From sequence record OY978111.1: a stretch of 32,000 nucleotides of DNA. One strand, 5' to 3'. Both the position numbers and the translations under genes were made by a program. Positions 8,696 through 23,016 of the stretch are shown piece after piece; the first letter of the stretch is position 1; every line of letters starts with the position of its first letter. The notes under the pieces were generated by a model that was not told the origin of the DNA, searched no databases, and worked only from the letters and a program-made list of their open reading frames with translations.

Positions 8696-8768
8696 GCCTT
8701 TTTAACTCAGTAGGTAGAGTATTTGCATGGTAAGCAAAAAGTCACCGGTTCAAATCCGGTAAAAGGCT
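8696..8768 (+). tRNA. trnT: tRNA-Thr (anticodon GGU)
   Basis: Acceptor gcctttt/aaaaggc, D arm actc-agtaggta-gagt, anticodon arm tttgc-ATGGTAA-gcaaa, T arm accgg-TTCAAAT-ccggt. Its 3' end overlaps the cysA stop codon on the opposite strand by 2 nt. Confidence 0.9.
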
Positions 8769-9486
8769 ATTCATGATTTATTTTATCTAAAAAACTTCCG
8801 ACAAAAGAATTTGCTGGATGATCAATTACCTCTTGAGGTGTACCGATTTGAGCAATAGCTCCTTTCTCTAATACCACAATTTCATGAGCCAATTCGAATG
8901 CTTCAATATGATCGTGCGTCACGAAGACTGTTGTTAGAGAAATATGGTGATGTAAATGTCGAAGCCAATTCCGTAATTGTTTTCGAATTTTTGCATCTAA
9001 AGCAGCAAACGGTTCATCTAATAATAACACTTTAGGTTCTACAGCTAAAGCACGAGCTAAAGCGACACGTTGCCGTTGTCCTCCTGAAAGTTGATGCGGA
9101 TATCGGTCCCGAAAGGTATCTAATTGCATTAATTGTAGTAATTCATGAACACGCTGTTGTTTTTTTTCGGAACTAACTTTTCGAATGTCGAGGCCAAAAG
9201 CAATATTTTGCGCCACAGTCAGATGAGGAAATAAGGCGTAATTTTGAAAAACAAACCCCATTTCTCTATTTTGTAAAGGAACATGTGTCGTATTTTCACC
9301 ATCCACCCAGATTCGACCAGAATCAGGTTTGTCAAGACCAGCTAAAACTCGTAATAAAGTGGATTTACCAGACCCAGAAGGACCTACTAAAGCAACTAAA
9401 GACCCATTTTTAATTTCCAGATTCACTTGATGTAAAGCTTGGAAAGAGTCAAATTTTTTTGAAATATTTTCTATTAAAATACTCAT
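8767..9486 (-). CDS. cysA: Sulfate ABC transporter ATP-binding protein
   Basis: Walker [11 protein letters not shown]-loop, ABC signature [15 protein letters not shown], Walker [12 protein letters not shown] and H-loop VTHD. The N-terminus [12 protein letters not shown] is typical of CysA. I place the start at M16 of the track ORF (ATG 9486). It is short (239 aa), with no C-terminal regulatory domain. Confidence 0.88.
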   Translation of the reverse strand: MSILIENISKKFDSFQALHQVNLEIKNGSLVALVGPSGSGKSTLLRVLAGLDKPDSGRIWVDGENTTHVPLQNREMGFVFQNYALFPHLTVAQNIAFGLDIRKVSSEKKQQRVHELLQLMQLDTFRDRYPHQLSGGQRQRVALARALAVEPKVLLLDEPFAALDAKIRKQLRNWLRHLHHHISLTTVFVTHDHIEAFELAHEIVVLEKGAIAQIGTPQEVIDHPANSFVGSFLDKINHE

Positions 9487-9664
9487 AAAAATAGTTCTTC
9501 TCATATATAGTATACTCCTCTTCTCATTCACATGCGAGCGTCATTGACGGTCAAAGACCCCAGTCTGATGGTACACAAAGAATGTGAGAAGAGGAAAAGG
9601 TCTGCGTTGAGCCTCTTTAAGAGGCACATTAGCGCAGTTTTCAGAAGGCCGTCTAAATTCTTTT

Positions 9665-10837
9665 TTAGTCTTCAAAAGAAGTAGGATTTAAAAAATCAGC
9701 ACGTACTTGAAATTTTTTTTTCGATGGATTTAACCAACGGGTTTGACTGTCTTGGTTTGAAGCAAGTTCAATTGCCTTTGTAAGAAGATCATTTTCATGA
9801 GTAAATTTTTTTTCTTCAAATCGATTTAAAAGATCTTCAAATTCGAGTAAACTGTTTTTAAAATTAGGACTGTCAGAACCATTCGCGAAACGGCGTAATT
9901 GTTCTTCACGTACTTTTGTTAATGGACCTCGTTGACCATAAGGAATACTTCCACAAATTTTCATTGGAGCTTCTTTATATAATGTAATAGTTTCTGAAAG
10001 AGCTTGTTTTAAGAAAGATCTTGGAACAATTAAATCTAAGAGTCCGTGATGAAGTAAATATTCCGATGTTTGGAAATCATCTGGAAGTTGTTCTTGTAAA
10101 GTTTGCTCAATCACTCGTCGGCCAGCGAAACCAATTAAGGCTTTTGGTTCTGCAAAAATTAAATCACCTAACATCGCAAAACTGGCTGTAACGCCGCCAG
10201 TGGTTGGTGATGTGAGTACAGCAATATATAAAAGTTTGGCACAATTCTGATGAACATGCAAAGCACCCGATATTTTGGCCATCTGCATTAAACTTAGAAT
10301 GCCTTCTTGCATTCGTGCTCCACCTGAAGCACAAACTAAAATTAATGGTAAGCCTTCCATTGTTGCATATTCGATTAAGCGAGTTATTTTTTCCCCAACA
10401 ACAGATCCCATACTACCGCCCATGAAATTAAAATCCATGACCCCTAATGCTACAGGAATCCCATCTAAAATACCTGTTCCAGTTTGAACACTATCTTGTA
10501 ATCCTGTACGTTCTTGAGCTTCTTTTAAGCGTTCTGTATAATTTTTTTGATCACGAAATTCCAGGGGATCGCAGGGTGACACTGTTTCGTCTAACGGATG
10601 CCACGTGCTTGCATCGATTAAATAGTCAATACGTTCAGTACTATTCATTTGTAAATGATAGCCACAGCCAAAACAAACTCTTTGATTTTCTTTTAAATGC
10701 TTGATATAGAGAATAACTCCACAATGATCGCATCGTGTCCAAAGACCTTGACTTCCGTCTGTATCGGGATGGCTGTATTTTGGTGCATTCAATAATTTCA
10801 ATTTTCGTTGATCTTCAATCCAAGAAAGAATCGACAT
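9665..10837 (-). CDS. accD: Acetyl-CoA carboxylase carboxyltransferase beta subunit
   Basis: Zinc-ribbon [26 protein letters not shown], followed by the carboxyltransferase core ([35 protein letters not shown]). The likely start is [10 protein letters not shown] (ATG 10837), since the 35 upstream codons of the track ORF run into repeat-rich spacer. It carries a C-terminal tail of about 100 aa beyond the conserved core. Confidence 0.9.
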   Translation of the reverse strand: MSILSWIEDQRKLKLLNAPKYSHPDTDGSQGLWTRCDHCGVILYIKHLKENQRVCFGCGYHLQMNSTERIDYLIDASTWHPLDETVSPCDPLEFRDQKNYTERLKEAQERTGLQDSVQTGTGILDGIPVALGVMDFNFMGGSMGSVVGEKITRLIEYATMEGLPLILVCASGGARMQEGILSLMQMAKISGALHVHQNCAKLLYIAVLTSPTTGGVTASFAMLGDLIFAEPKALIGFAGRRVIEQTLQEQLPDDFQTSEYLLHHGLLDLIVPRSFLKQALSETITLYKEAPMKICGSIPYGQRGPLTKVREEQLRRFANGSDSPNFKNSLLEFEDLLNRFEEKKFTHENDLLTKAIELASNQDSQTRWLNPSKKKFQVRADFLNPTSFED

Positions 10838-11391
10838 AATAGTTTTATTTATATTATATGTTGTGTTATTGTGCAACAAGATTTTTGTCTGTTGTACAAC
10901 ACAATACATGCCTAACATGATTGCGCCGCCAATGGTGGGCACCTGGTGTGCTTCGCACGCTGCGACAGCTTAGCTGTCTAGGTAATTTGATCTTAGATCA
11001 ATATAATCCCTCATGCATCAAAAAATTTTGATGAGGAAGTGCAATACTAAGTCTTAATATTAGCCGAGCTATAACTATACTACTCCAAGGCAATTCAAAA
11101 TTGCTTGCGTTCTTCAACCACCAAAGTGTTAAAAACGCTACTGCACTAAAGGTGCCCGTGAGATTTCCCATTAAGGGAGGAACGCATTCTTTTTCAAGAG
11201 AATAAGAATCGTGCGTTCCTAAGATCTAAGGTTTCAAGAATAGAAAATAACCCAAGATTGCTTAACTTCATAGAAGGTCACAATTACTTGACTTCTTGAA
11301 ACGACAAGGCATTTAAAATGCTTGCGATTTTACCGCCAAGGCACTCATAGATTGCTTGTGGTAAAACCGCATCGGGCAAAGCCCGCAAGAA

Positions 11392-11502
11392 TTAGTTAAT
11401 CTGCTCTTTTTCAATATATAAAAACATTGAAGCCATAGCTACAGCTGGAAATACAAGTCCTACTAAAGGAACTAAAATACTTGGCAAATCTTGAGCACTC
11501 AT
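11392..11502 (-). CDS. psaI: Photosystem I subunit VIII
   Basis: Hand translation of the minus strand gives [36 protein letters not shown] (36 aa), with the canonical PsaI core [20 protein letters not shown]. It is not in the ORF track. Confidence 0.93.
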   Translation of the reverse strand: MSAQDLPSILVPLVGLVFPAVAMASMFLYIEKEQIN

Positions 11503-11655
11503 AGAAAATATTCTCCTTTTAACTTTTTCAAGTGGAGATCTCAAAAACACCGTCTCTGAAAAAACCCACACTTGATAGATTAAAACTAGGTAAACTTGAA
11601 TATATTATACCGAGAAAGTACTGAAAGAAAAAGAGTTTTTGTCAAATTCAAATTT

Positions 11656-11728
11656 TAGGCCCTACCGGATTCGAACCGATGACCCGCTGCTTGTAAGGCA
11701 GCCGCTCTACCAGCTGAGCTAAAGGCCT
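11656..11728 (-). tRNA. trnV: tRNA-Val (anticodon UAC), intron-less
   Basis: Reverse complement: acceptor aggcctt/agggcct, D arm gctc-agctggta-gagc, anticodon arm gctgc-CTTACAA-gcagc, T arm atcgg-TTCGAAT-ccggt. Confidence 0.9.
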
Positions 11729-11987
11729 TTAATATTTAAATGAAATATAACAGTTTTCTTTTGAAAATGCAAACCTAAATTCTTATTATAGTTGAAGAGT
11801 TTATCCGTTTTTTTGTAACACGAAGATATCTAACGGTGAAAGCATCTATCTTTTTATTGGAAGATACGATAAAAATCTAAAAGTTATGGATTTCCGTTTT
11901 AACCTACTATAAATTAGTTCATCATTTATTTTACTAGTTATCTTGTAAAAATACAAATAAATTGTAATTTAGTTGAAAAAATAATTT

Positions 11988-12059
11988 TGAGCTCAGTAGG
12001 ATTTGAACCTACATTAGAAACTTAGAAGGTTCCTGTCCTATCCCTTAGACGATGAGCCC
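11988..12059 (-). tRNA. trnR: tRNA-Arg (anticodon UCU)
   Basis: Reverse complement: acceptor gggctca/tgagctc, anticodon arm ggaac-CTTCTAA-gtttc, T loop TTCAAAT. Confidence 0.88.
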
Positions 12060-12326
12060 GTATGTACTAACTAGATGAACCCTTGACGATAAACCCGCAG
12101 GCAATCAGTGATTGCCTTGCGTGCTTTGCAAGATGCGGCAGCTTAACTGCGCTTGAGTATTATAAGGAGCAGCCTAGTTTTACTTTGGATTAAAATATCC
12201 CACATTATAAAATCTAAAAAATTATAATTTACTCTGTAGTATATTTTTGTATAGCTGATGCCTAGTAACTATTCTAATAAAGAACAATGCGATGTATCAG
12301 CTATACAAAGTATTTAAAAGTCCGCT

Positions 12327-13394
12327 TTATGAACTATACCCAAAAACGCGTTTGAAGATATCACGTACTTTATCTCCAGAATCAATAGATTCTAATGGAT
12401 CTTTACGAAGTCGGTGTCGTAAACACAGTGGAATAATACGGTAAATATCTTCAGGTGTCACAGTTGTATGCCCTTCAAAAGCGGCTAACGCTTTACTTGC
12501 CCGATTTGTTACAAGATCTCCACGTAATCCATCAACATCGAGTTCCGAACAAATTTGAGAAATTTTCACCCGAAAATCATAATCAATTTGAACTTCTGGG
12601 AGAAGTTTTCGTGCTGCAATAATTTGTGTTGATAAAAGATCCTGCGAATCTTGATAAGATTTTCGAAATTCAACTGGTGCTGCATCAAAATCTGCACGCT
12701 GTTCTACAATCTGAACTCGGAGATTTGGTTCTTTTACGGTCCCGATTTGAGCATGCATTCCAAATCGATCTAAGAGTTGTGGTCGAAGTTCACCTTCTTC
12801 AGGGTTTCCTGAACCTACAAGAATAAAACGCGCCGGGTGACTGATCGAAATTCCTTCACGTTCCACTGTATTCCACCCAGAAGCAGCGGAATCTAAAAGA
12901 ACATCAACTAAATGATCATCTAAGAGATTCACCTCATCAACATATAGAATACCACGATTGGCTTTGGCTAAAAGCCCAGGTTCAAACGCTTTCACACCTT
13001 CAGTTAAGGCTTTTTCAATATCAATGGTGCCGCACACTCGATCTTCTGTAGCCCCTAACGGTAAATCAACCATTGTGATTTTTTTGTTAACAATCGGCAA
13101 AGCTTCTTGTTTTTGAAGACGTTGGCGAACTTCTTGACTCATAAGTTCAGGATCTTTTGGATCAGAATTAAAAGGGTCATCGGCTACCACTTCAATTTCC
13201 GGTAAAAGATCGACAAGGGCTCTTACAGTTGTAGATTTCCCTGTGCCACGATCTCCCATAATCATTACGCCACCGATTTTAGGGTCGATCACATTTAAAA
13301 TTAAAGCCAGTTTCATTTCCTCTTGACCAACAATGGCAGTGAAAGGAAATACTGGACGCGCTTGTTCTAATGAATTTTCAATACTTGGGCTCAT
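12327..13394 (-). CDS. chlI: Magnesium chelatase subunit I
   Basis: The 355-aa ORF has [47 protein letters not shown], Walker [17 protein letters not shown] and [10 protein letters not shown], so it is ChlI/BchI throughout. Confidence 0.97.
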   Translation of the reverse strand: MSPSIENSLEQARPVFPFTAIVGQEEMKLALILNVIDPKIGGVMIMGDRGTGKSTTVRALVDLLPEIEVVADDPFNSDPKDPELMSQEVRQRLQKQEALPIVNKKITMVDLPLGATEDRVCGTIDIEKALTEGVKAFEPGLLAKANRGILYVDEVNLLDDHLVDVLLDSAASGWNTVEREGISISHPARFILVGSGNPEEGELRPQLLDRFGMHAQIGTVKEPNLRVQIVEQRADFDAAPVEFRKSYQDSQDLLSTQIIAARKLLPEVQIDYDFRVKISQICSELDVDGLRGDLVTNRASKALAAFEGHTTVTPEDIYRIIPLCLRHRLRKDPLESIDSGDKVRDIFKRVFGYSS

Positions 13395-13933
13395 ATACTC
13401 GTTCGAATTAAAAAAAAATTTAAAGGTTTTTTCTCACAGTGAGGTCTGCGAAGTTATTGGGAATATTTTCTCTGCACTAAAGTAGGTTGTTCCAGATTAA
13501 AACAGACCCGCACTCCGAAGGAGGACAAAACAAGTGGTAAATTTCTTATTACAAACCATTATATCGAATTTTTATCAAAAAATCAATTTTTCATAAGTGT
13601 GCCTGTTGTGTAGCTAATGCATGAACGTCGCGAATACATTTGCGGTCAAAGACCGCAATAAATCTTGTATTTAAATAATTAAAAGCACAATGCATGCTAT
13701 GCATGACTGTGGAAGACGGCCACTGTAGCACTGTAGACGGCGTTTCCATTGTACGAAGCACAGCTTCGCAGCCAAATATAATAGTATAAAAACGATACGA
13801 AGTTCCCAGCTCGCTAGCGATTTTTATTCACATAGGGTATAATATACCACTGAAGAATCATATCAAAAAAAAAAACAAAAAAATATTCGTTTTTTGAGAA
13901 GAAAATTTCACTTATTGCGTTTTAAACTCCCCT

Positions 13934-14872
13934 ATGAAAATTTCAATTCGACATTTTCTTGCTGTGATCGTTAGTGGACTTGCAACATTCACTCTGACAA
14001 CGTCAGCGAATGCATATCCTATTTTCGCTCAACAAAATTATGCCAATCCTCGTGAAGCAAATGGCCGCCTTGTGTGTGCGAATTGTCATCTTGCACAAAA
14101 ACCTGTAGAAATTGAAGTGCCTCAAGCCGTTTTACCAAACACGGTTTTTGAAGCAGTGGTTAAAATACCATATGACAAACAAATTAAACAAGTTGTCGCA
14201 AACGGTAAAAAAGGTGACCTCAATGTAGGTGCCGTTTTAATTTTACCTGAAGGATTTGAAATTGCTCCACCGGATCGAATTCCAGAAGAAATGAAAGCCA
14301 AAGTGGGCAAACTTTATTTCCAACCATATACGCCAGAGAAGAAAAATATTCTCGTGGTTGGTCCTGTTCCAGGGAAAAAATACAGTGAAATGGTGTTTCC
14401 AATTTTAGCTCCAGATCCTGCTACAAACAAATTAGTTTCTTATCTTAAATACCCAATCTATATAGGTGGAAATCGAGGACGTGGACAGGTGTATCCTGAT
14501 GGTTCGAAAAGTAATAATACAGTATATACTGCTTCTGCGGCTGGCACAATTTCTTCAATTGAACCGATTGAACCGAAAGGTGGCTTTACTGTTTCAATTC
14601 AAACAGCTTCTGGTAACACTGTCGTTGATACACTTCCACCAGGACCGGAAGTGATTATTAAAGTTGGTGATAAAGTTCAAGCAGATCAAGCCCTCACCAT
14701 TAATCCAAATGTTGGTGGTTTTGGTCAAACCGAAACAGAAATTGTAATTCAAAATCCAGCTCGTATTCAAGGCCTCTTAGTCTTCTTTGCGTTTGTTCTT
14801 TTAGCACAAGTTTTCCTTGTTCTTAAGAAAAAACAATTTGAAAAAGTTCAACTTGCTGAAATGAATTTCTAA
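13934..14872 (+). CDS. petA: Cytochrome f precursor
   Basis: A signal peptide is followed by the mature N-terminus [27 protein letters not shown] (heme motif CANCH) and a C-terminal membrane anchor [17 protein letters not shown]. Confidence 0.97.
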   Translation: MKISIRHFLAVIVSGLATFTLTTSANAYPIFAQQNYANPREANGRLVCANCHLAQKPVEIEVPQAVLPNTVFEAVVKIPYDKQIKQVVANGKKGDLNVGAVLILPEGFEIAPPDRIPEEMKAKVGKLYFQPYTPEKKNILVVGPVPGKKYSEMVFPILAPDPATNKLVSYLKYPIYIGGNRGRGQVYPDGSKSNNTVYTASAAGTISSIEPIEPKGGFTVSIQTASGNTVVDTLPPGPEVIIKVGDKVQADQALTINPNVGGFGQTETEIVIQNPARIQGLLVFFAFVLLAQVFLVLKKKQFEKVQLAEMNF

Positions 14873-14973
14873 CCAATTCATATGTGGAGCTTTTCTCCGC
14901 AATCAGTGTGAACAATTGAAGATATTAAAAAATCTTTGTAATTACGAAGAAGTAGAAAGACGAGGAAATGTTT

Positions 14974-15069
14974 ATGGCGACTGTGTTTAGTTATATTGTA
15001 TTATTGTTTGGGGCGTTACTTGTGACGCTTACATTCTATATCGCTCTTGTTAAGGTAAAATTAATTTAG
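14974..15069 (+). CDS. petL: Cytochrome b6f subunit VI
   Basis: Hand translation gives MATVFSYIVLLFGALLVTLTFYIALVKVKLI* (31 aa). This is a PetL-like single TM helix ending in K(I/V)(R/K)LI, in the conserved petA-petL-petG position. An in-frame ATG at 14968 would add MF. Confidence 0.8.
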   Translation: MATVFSYIVLLFGALLVTLTFYIALVKVKLI

Positions 15070-15078
15070 GATTTAGCT

Positions 15079-15192
15079 ATGGTAGAACTGTTATTATCAG
15101 GTATTGTCTTAGGACTTGTGCCAGTGACGATTGCTGGCTTATTTGTAACTGCGTATTTACAGTACCGACGCGGTGATCAACTTAATATTTAA
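15079..15192 (+). CDS. petG: Cytochrome b6f subunit V
   Basis: Hand translation gives [37 protein letters not shown] (37 aa), the canonical PetG pattern ([31 protein letters not shown]). Confidence 0.95.
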   Translation: MVELLLSGIVLGLVPVTIAGLFVTAYLQYRRGDQLNI

Positions 15193-15407
15193 GACGACTC
15201 TCCTTGGCGGTATCGCAACCTTGGCGGTTTCACCGCATGCGCCAATGAAACTGTCCATACGTTGTGTCACTTTTTTGTGTCTCTTTGTTTCCAATCAAAA
15301 AGACGTACTGACGTAAAAGTTTTAAAACAAGTTGAAAAACCCTTGCGTGCTTCGCACGGTGCGCCAGCTTTGCTGGCCTTGGTCGTTTTGGACCTCTTCC
15401 AGCTTCT

Positions 15408-15448
15408 CCTTGGCGGTGTTTTGTGTTGCTTCGCAACACAATGACCGC
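15408..15448 (+). repeat. Composite dispersed repeat, copy 1 (inverted copy at 23415-23456)
   Basis: ccttggcggtgttttgtgttgcttcgcaacacaatgaccgc. The 28-nt core ttggcggtSttttgtgttgcttcgcaa matches the reverse complement of 23415-23456 with one mismatch. It contains the hairpin gtgttgc-ttc-gcaacac. Confidence 0.8.
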
Positions 15449-16541
15449 AAGCATGCGCAGCATGTATTGAAATGGAGATTCGTAAGGGAGAGGTTATTTT
15501 TATTCTGTTATAGATGTCTCGTCGTCGTCATAGTAATTGATATGCTGCTCCGCAGCACAAAAGAAATGGGTCCTAATAAGATAATAAGACGTCAGTCTTT
15601 TGATTTTGTAAATTTGATGTTTTAAAGTTGACATCAAATTTTATTTTAAGTCATAGTAGCCTTTTTGGTATATACCTTTTTTGTTTTTAGTGAATCTCCA
15701 TTTTTTGTTTTAGATCAGTGTATTCACCTATACGGGCAATTTGGAGAAAGACGTACTTGGGGCTTTACCAATGTCGGTGGTTGCCGGCTACCATTGTTGC
15801 CAGCATTGCGAGCACTTGACTCGCAGGGATTAACATCGTAGGGAGCATACTCCGTTTAGTTTAAAGTTAGGTACAACACGCTTCTCGGAAGAAAAAAATA
15901 GCTTTGTGTGAAGGAAGTCAATATTTAAAAGGATTAAACATACTTTATCAGCGCGTCAGAACGTGTTTACGGGGCTTTAAATAAACAAAATAATGAATCC
16001 ATAACAAAGGTAGCTTTACGGCCATAGGAGCCCAAATATGGTCTAATACGAGATGGCCTATATCGCCACGACCACAATGATCAATGTGAGTCACTTAGAC
16101 CAAGATGAAGAAGAAGACTCTCTTTACGAGAATTACAGTGAAAGAGACAAAGACAGAGATAAAGTCTAGCTTCGACTCACCGAGACATTCTTAGTCTGAC
16201 TTTTACTGTGGAAACCACACCCCAAACAAACTACCTATCTAAAAGTACATTAAGGATCTATGTCCATATAGTATCGGGAAAGTGTCAATTTCGCACCGAT
16301 GAAATTTTTACAAAACAGATATATTTAACGCTCTTAAAAAATACAACATGTATTTTCCGTGGATTCCCGTTTTATAAAAAAGTTCAGACAAAACACTTTG
16401 GGGGCTTTGCCCAATGCGCCAGCAAAGCTAGTATTCTGTCTGTCTACGAGCATAAAAAACTAGTAAGTTGAAAACAGCCCCAAAAGCAGCGTATACTATT
16501 TTATGCATAAACAAACAAAAATTTTCTATTGGATTTCATAA

Positions 16542-19062
<2,521 letters not shown>

Positions 19063-19128
19063 ATTTTTCTATTGTGCTCCAAAAGAGCGCATCATAACGG
19101 ATTTTTTAATCAATCTCTTGTACCCTTC

Positions 19129-19157
19129 ATCATAAAATTGTTTTGTGATTTTATGAT
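19129..19157. repeat. ATCATAAAAT hairpin (family B related) downstream of psbC
   Basis: atcataaaat (19129-19138), a 9-nt loop, then attttatgat (19148-19157). It shares the tcataaaat core with the elements at 22945, 26639 and 27855. Confidence 0.65.
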
Positions 19158-19358
19158 AAAGTAGCACAGGTATTCCGTCTCTAATGTCTTGATCATCGAC
19201 GCATGTAAATGCTTCGAAGAAGGCATTAGAGACACAATTTATTTTTGCCCACTAAGACAGGGTAACGAAGCCATACTTCACAGAAATAAAGCAGCCAAAT
19301 TAATATAATAAAAAGATTCTTGAAATTTTAAGTACTTTTCTATACACTTTTCCAAAAG

Positions 19359-19446
19359 GGAGAGATGACCGAGAGGCCGATGGTAGCGCATTGCTAATGC
19401 GCCGTAGTCCAAAAGATTACCGAGGGTTCGAATCCCTCTCTCTCCG
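19359..19446 (+). tRNA. trnS: tRNA-Ser (anticodon GCU), class II
   Basis: Acceptor ggagaga/tctctcc, anticodon arm gcgca-TTGCTAA-tgcgc, long variable arm, T arm gaggg-TTCGAAT-ccctc, discriminator g. Confidence 0.92.
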
Positions 19447-19758
19447 ATAAGTTCCGTATCCTATGAAAATGTAATAATAAAACAATAAATTGATGTTTTA
19501 TTTACTAAAAGTCTTTCTTCGAAGCGCAGCTTTGCTGCCCAAGATAAATTGCTGTTTCTTTGATTTTTCTAGCCAATTTATCAAACTTACTCTCTGAGGA
19601 TTCAAAAAAATTTATTTTATTTGAAGCCTAAATCAGCTTTGTTTAAGTATAATTATCGGTCAATTAAATACATAGAAATTAAGGCTGTTTAAGTGTTTGC
19701 TTAATAAAAATATAAAAAATTTCTCCTTGAAAAAATGAAATGTTTATCAAATAAAATT

Positions 19759-19830
19759 AGCGGGTAACGCGAGTCGAACGCGCGACATGCACCTTGGCAA
19801 GGTGCCGCTCTACCACTGAGCTATACCCGC
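19759..19830 (-). tRNA. trnG: tRNA-Gly (anticodon GCC)
   Basis: Reverse complement: acceptor gcgggta/tacccgc, D arm gctc-agtggta-gagc, anticodon arm gcacc-TTGCCAA-ggtgc, T loop TTCGACT. Confidence 0.9.
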
Positions 19831-19873
19831 AGAGGGAAAAAAATGGTTTTGTGTGATCTAAAATCGGAACACT

Positions 19874-19947
19874 TGCCTGCGACTAGATTCGAACTAGTGA
19901 CATTCCGCGTATGAGACGGACGCTCTAACCAACTGAGCTACGCAGGC
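19874..19947 (-). tRNA. trnM: tRNA-Met, elongator type (anticodon CAU)
   Basis: Reverse complement: acceptor gcctgcg/cgcaggc (position 1:72 paired, so not initiator-like), anticodon arm tccgt-CTCATAC-gcgga, T loop TTCGAAT. Assigning it as Met rather than Ile(CAU) is an inference. Confidence 0.75.
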
Positions 19948-20209
19948 AATTACAAAACATTGTACCGGAGAGATCTAAAAAAAGCAACTTATTTTTCGTG
20001 GTGATTTTCTATTGACAAAAGTTTTTTTAGCTAAAATAACACTTTCGATGTCGGAGCTTATGCGGTTTTTTATCGCATTTGCTCCACATCAAGGTCTACG
20101 AAGCTATACTTCGCAGAAGTTATTTAAAATGCTTGCGGTGAAACCGCAAAGGCAATCGTCGATTGCTTGAGCACCTAGGGTGCCCAAGTGTAAAAAAAAA
20201 AAAGAGAGA

Positions 20210-21730
20210 TTATTTAGCTGCAGCTAAAAACTCTTCAGTAAATTCCTTGATGCCTTCTTTCAGAAGAGTTTGAGCTTCGTCACTTAGAGCACTTGTTGAC
20301 TGAAGAATTTCACCGTATTTTGGCTTGCTTGTCGCCATATATTTACGTAGCCCAATTAAAAAATCACCAACACGATTTACTGGAATTTGATCTACATAAC
20401 CATTTGTTCCGGCATAAATAACCGTAATTTGGTCTTCGAGTGAAAGTGGAGAAGCTTGAGGTTGTTTAAGTAATTCACGAAGACGTTGACCTCGAGCTAA
20501 TTGATTTTGCGTTGCTTGATCTAAATCTGAAGCAAATTGTGAAAATGCTTCTAATTCAGCAAACTGAGCAAGCTCTAATTTGAGTTTCCCAGCAACTTGT
20601 TTCATTGCTTTTGGTTGAGCGGCCGAACCTACACGGGATACTGAAATTCCGACATTAATTGCTGGACGAATACCAGAATTAAAGATATCTGCCGATAAGA
20701 AGATTTGACCATCCGTAATTGAAATTACGTTTGTAGGAATATACGCTGAAACGTCACCTTCTTGAGTTTCTACAACCGGTAATGCAGTCATACTTCCACT
20801 ACCTAACTCATCGTTTAATTTCGCTGCGCGTTCTAATAAACGTGAGTGGAGATAGAAAACGTCGCCTGGATACGCTTCACGTCCCGGTGGACGACGTAAT
20901 AATAACGACATTTCACGATATGCTTGAGCTTGCTTCGTTAAATCATCATAAATTACAAGAGTATGACGACCTTTGTACATGAAATATTCAGCTAAAGCCG
21001 CACCGGTATATGGAGATAAATATTGTAACGTTGCTGGAGAATCAGCAGTTGCCGCAACAATAATTGTATAATCCATCGCACCGCGTTCTTGTAATGTATT
21101 TACTACTTGGGCAATCGAAGATGCTTTTTGACCAATCGCAACATAAACACAAACTACATTTTTCCCTTTTTGATTCAGAATTGTATCAACGGCAATAGCA
21201 GTTTTTCCTGTTTGACGATCACCAATAATCAATTCTCGTTGACCGCGTCCAATTGGAATCATGGCATCAATTGACACAATCCCTGTTTGTAATGGTTCGT
21301 GAACTGAACGACGTGAAATAATCCCAGGAGCTGCTGATTCGATTAATCGTGTTTCAGTAGTTGCAATTTCGCCTTTACCGTCAATCGGACGGGCTAATGG
21401 ACTTACAACACGACCTAAATAGCCGTCACCAACCGGGATTTGAGCGATTTTCCCAGTCGCTCGAACGGAAGTACCTTCTTGGATGTTTGTGTCGTCACCC
21501 ATAAGAACGGCACCTACATTTTTTGCTTCTAAATTTAAAGCAATCCCAATAGTTCCGTCTTGAAATTCAAGTAATTCACCGGCCATAACTTTATCAAGGC
21601 CATAAATGCGGGCAATCCCATCACCTACTTGAAAGACAGTTCCAATATTTACGGCTTTCACCTCTTGTTGGTACTGCTCGATTTGCTGCTTGATGATACT
21701 ACTGATCTCATCAGGTCTAATTTTTACCAT
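20210..21730 (-). CDS. atpA: ATP synthase CF1 alpha subunit
   Basis: The 506-aa ORF has Walker [19 protein letters not shown] and is canonical AtpA throughout ([60 protein letters not shown]). Confidence 0.98.
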   Translation of the reverse strand: MVKIRPDEISSIIKQQIEQYQQEVKAVNIGTVFQVGDGIARIYGLDKVMAGELLEFQDGTIGIALNLEAKNVGAVLMGDDTNIQEGTSVRATGKIAQIPVGDGYLGRVVSPLARPIDGKGEIATTETRLIESAAPGIISRRSVHEPLQTGIVSIDAMIPIGRGQRELIIGDRQTGKTAIAVDTILNQKGKNVVCVYVAIGQKASSIAQVVNTLQERGAMDYTIIVAATADSPATLQYLSPYTGAALAEYFMYKGRHTLVIYDDLTKQAQAYREMSLLLRRPPGREAYPGDVFYLHSRLLERAAKLNDELGSGSMTALPVVETQEGDVSAYIPTNVISITDGQIFLSADIFNSGIRPAINVGISVSRVGSAAQPKAMKQVAGKLKLELAQFAELEAFSQFASDLDQATQNQLARGQRLRELLKQPQASPLSLEDQITVIYAGTNGYVDQIPVNRVGDFLIGLRKYMATSKPKYGEILQSTSALSDEAQTLLKEGIKEFTEEFLAAAK

Positions 21731-21751
21731 GGTATACTCCTCTCCGTCTGG

Positions 21752-22294
21752 CTATTGTGGCTTATAATTTGTGAAAAGCACAATTTGAAAATTATTTACG
21801 GCACTATGAATAGAAGAATTTAAGCGCTGAGTAAGTTTTTCGCGAACCTGATGCAATGCTAATCGTACTAATTTCTGTGCAAGTTCATTTTGAGCTTTTT
21901 GTTGCTCAAATTGTAATGTTTCTTGCTGAAGAAGGCCCAGACGTTTGATATCCTCTTGATTTTGAGTCACAATCTGGTTTTTCTCCTGTTCGATTGTAAC
22001 AAGAGCTTGGTCACGAATTTGTTTTGCTTTGGCTTGCGCTTGATCAAATTGAGTTCGTGCTCGATTTAAACGATCTTGGGCTTCTGAAGCACGTTGATCC
22101 GCTTCTCGAAAATTATTTAGAATATTTTGTTTTCGGTTTGCAAGAAGACCTCGTAAAGCATCACCTACATACGTGAATACAAGGCCCAGCACCACTGCCA
22201 AATTTAACACATTAGTTTCAAGAAGATTTGTATTGAAACCAAAGTGTTCTGCGAATATCAATGCATGCTGCGCATGAGATGTGCTGAAACTCAT
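21752..22294 (-). CDS. atpF: ATP synthase CF0 subunit b (subunit I), intron-less
   Basis: The 180-aa ORF has an N-terminal TM helix (LNLAVVLGLVFTYVGDAL) followed by a long charged coiled coil (RKQNILNNFREADQRASEAQDRL...). It lies between atpH and atpA as in the conserved cluster. Confidence 0.9.
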   Translation of the reverse strand: MSFSTSHAQHALIFAEHFGFNTNLLETNVLNLAVVLGLVFTYVGDALRGLLANRKQNILNNFREADQRASEAQDRLNRARTQFDQAQAKAKQIRDQALVTIEQEKNQIVTQNQEDIKRLGLLQQETLQFEQQKAQNELAQKLVRLALHQVREKLTQRLNSSIHSAVNNFQIVLFTNYKPQ

Positions 22295-22319
22295 AAAAAT
22301 TCCCTTAGTCTACTATGTT

Positions 22320-22357
22320 GCGCCCCTTTATCATCAAATTATTTGATGCAGGACACA
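22320..22357 (+). repeat. Family B dispersed hairpin element (atpH-atpF spacer)
   Basis: gcgcccctttatcatcaaattatttgatgcaggacaca is a divergent copy of GCG..(C/T)TTTATCA-hairpin-CA(C/G)GACACA. Confidence 0.65.
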
Positions 22358-22549
22358 AATGTGTTCAAGCTTTAATTGTGATTGAAAATCATAAATAAAA
22401 AATGGAACACGTGGATCTATTGCGTAGCTTATGTGATTAAAAACCTCAAAAAAGCTACACAGAGGCTGTCATCCAGCTCTGACGAAACCGTCTAGAGCAG
22501 CGGCCGCCAAGGATATATCCTTGGCGAGACAGCTCGAGAATAAAATGAA

Positions 22550-22828
<279 letters not shown>

Positions 22829-22944
22829 CTAAAACGATGTTCCGTTTTTGAAAAGGTATCCGGATTTTCAGGATTGGCTCTTTTCTGATGAAAGTTTCAC
22901 TCATTGAATTACCCAACCGACGCACTCAATGCAATCGTTTAATT

Positions 22945-22990
22945 GCGCCGATTTATCATAAAATTATTTTATGATTTTCTGCACGACACA
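22945..22990 (+). repeat. Family B dispersed hairpin element (atpI-atpH spacer)
   Basis: gcgccgatttATCATAAAAttaTTTTATGATtttctgCACGACACA has a 9-bp stem (22955-22975) and the conserved 3' flank cacgacaca. Confidence 0.75.
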
Positions 22991-23001
22991 AAGGATTGAT
23001 T

Positions 23002-23016
23002 GCGGTCAAAGACCGC
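23002..23016. repeat. GCGGTC-AAA-GACCGC hairpin repeat (family C)
   Basis: gcggtcaaagaccgc. Identical or near-identical copies occur at 13642-13656, 27706-27720 and 28386-28400 (the latter two read ttt in the loop, i.e. inverted orientation). Degenerate copies are at 9546-9560 and about 27250. Confidence 0.85.

Noticed and set aside
15230-15625. Three overlapping ORFs of 60-97 aa on both strands (15230-15463 minus, 15262-15444 plus, 15332-15625 plus)
   Set aside because: They lie in repeat mosaic. The plus/minus pairs are mirror products of palindromic GC-rich repeats that lack stop codons. They are Arg/Leu/Cys-rich with no recognisable similarity.
15700-16200. Possible RNase P RNA (rnpB) or tmRNA in the petG-psbD spacer
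   Set aside because: The only resemblance is gagataaagtc (16156-16166) to the CR-I motif GAGGAAAGUCC, and it needs a 1-nt indel. I found no partner CR-V/P4 strand (ACAGAA..GGCUUA) on either strand, and no tRNA-like T arm for tmRNA. The region is left as unassigned and needs a covariance-model search.
16208-16471. 87-aa ORF upstream of psbD
   Set aside because: It needs a non-ATG start (GTG at 16208), has no recognisable motif and has spacer-like composition. It runs through a family D repeat copy (ggggctttgccc).
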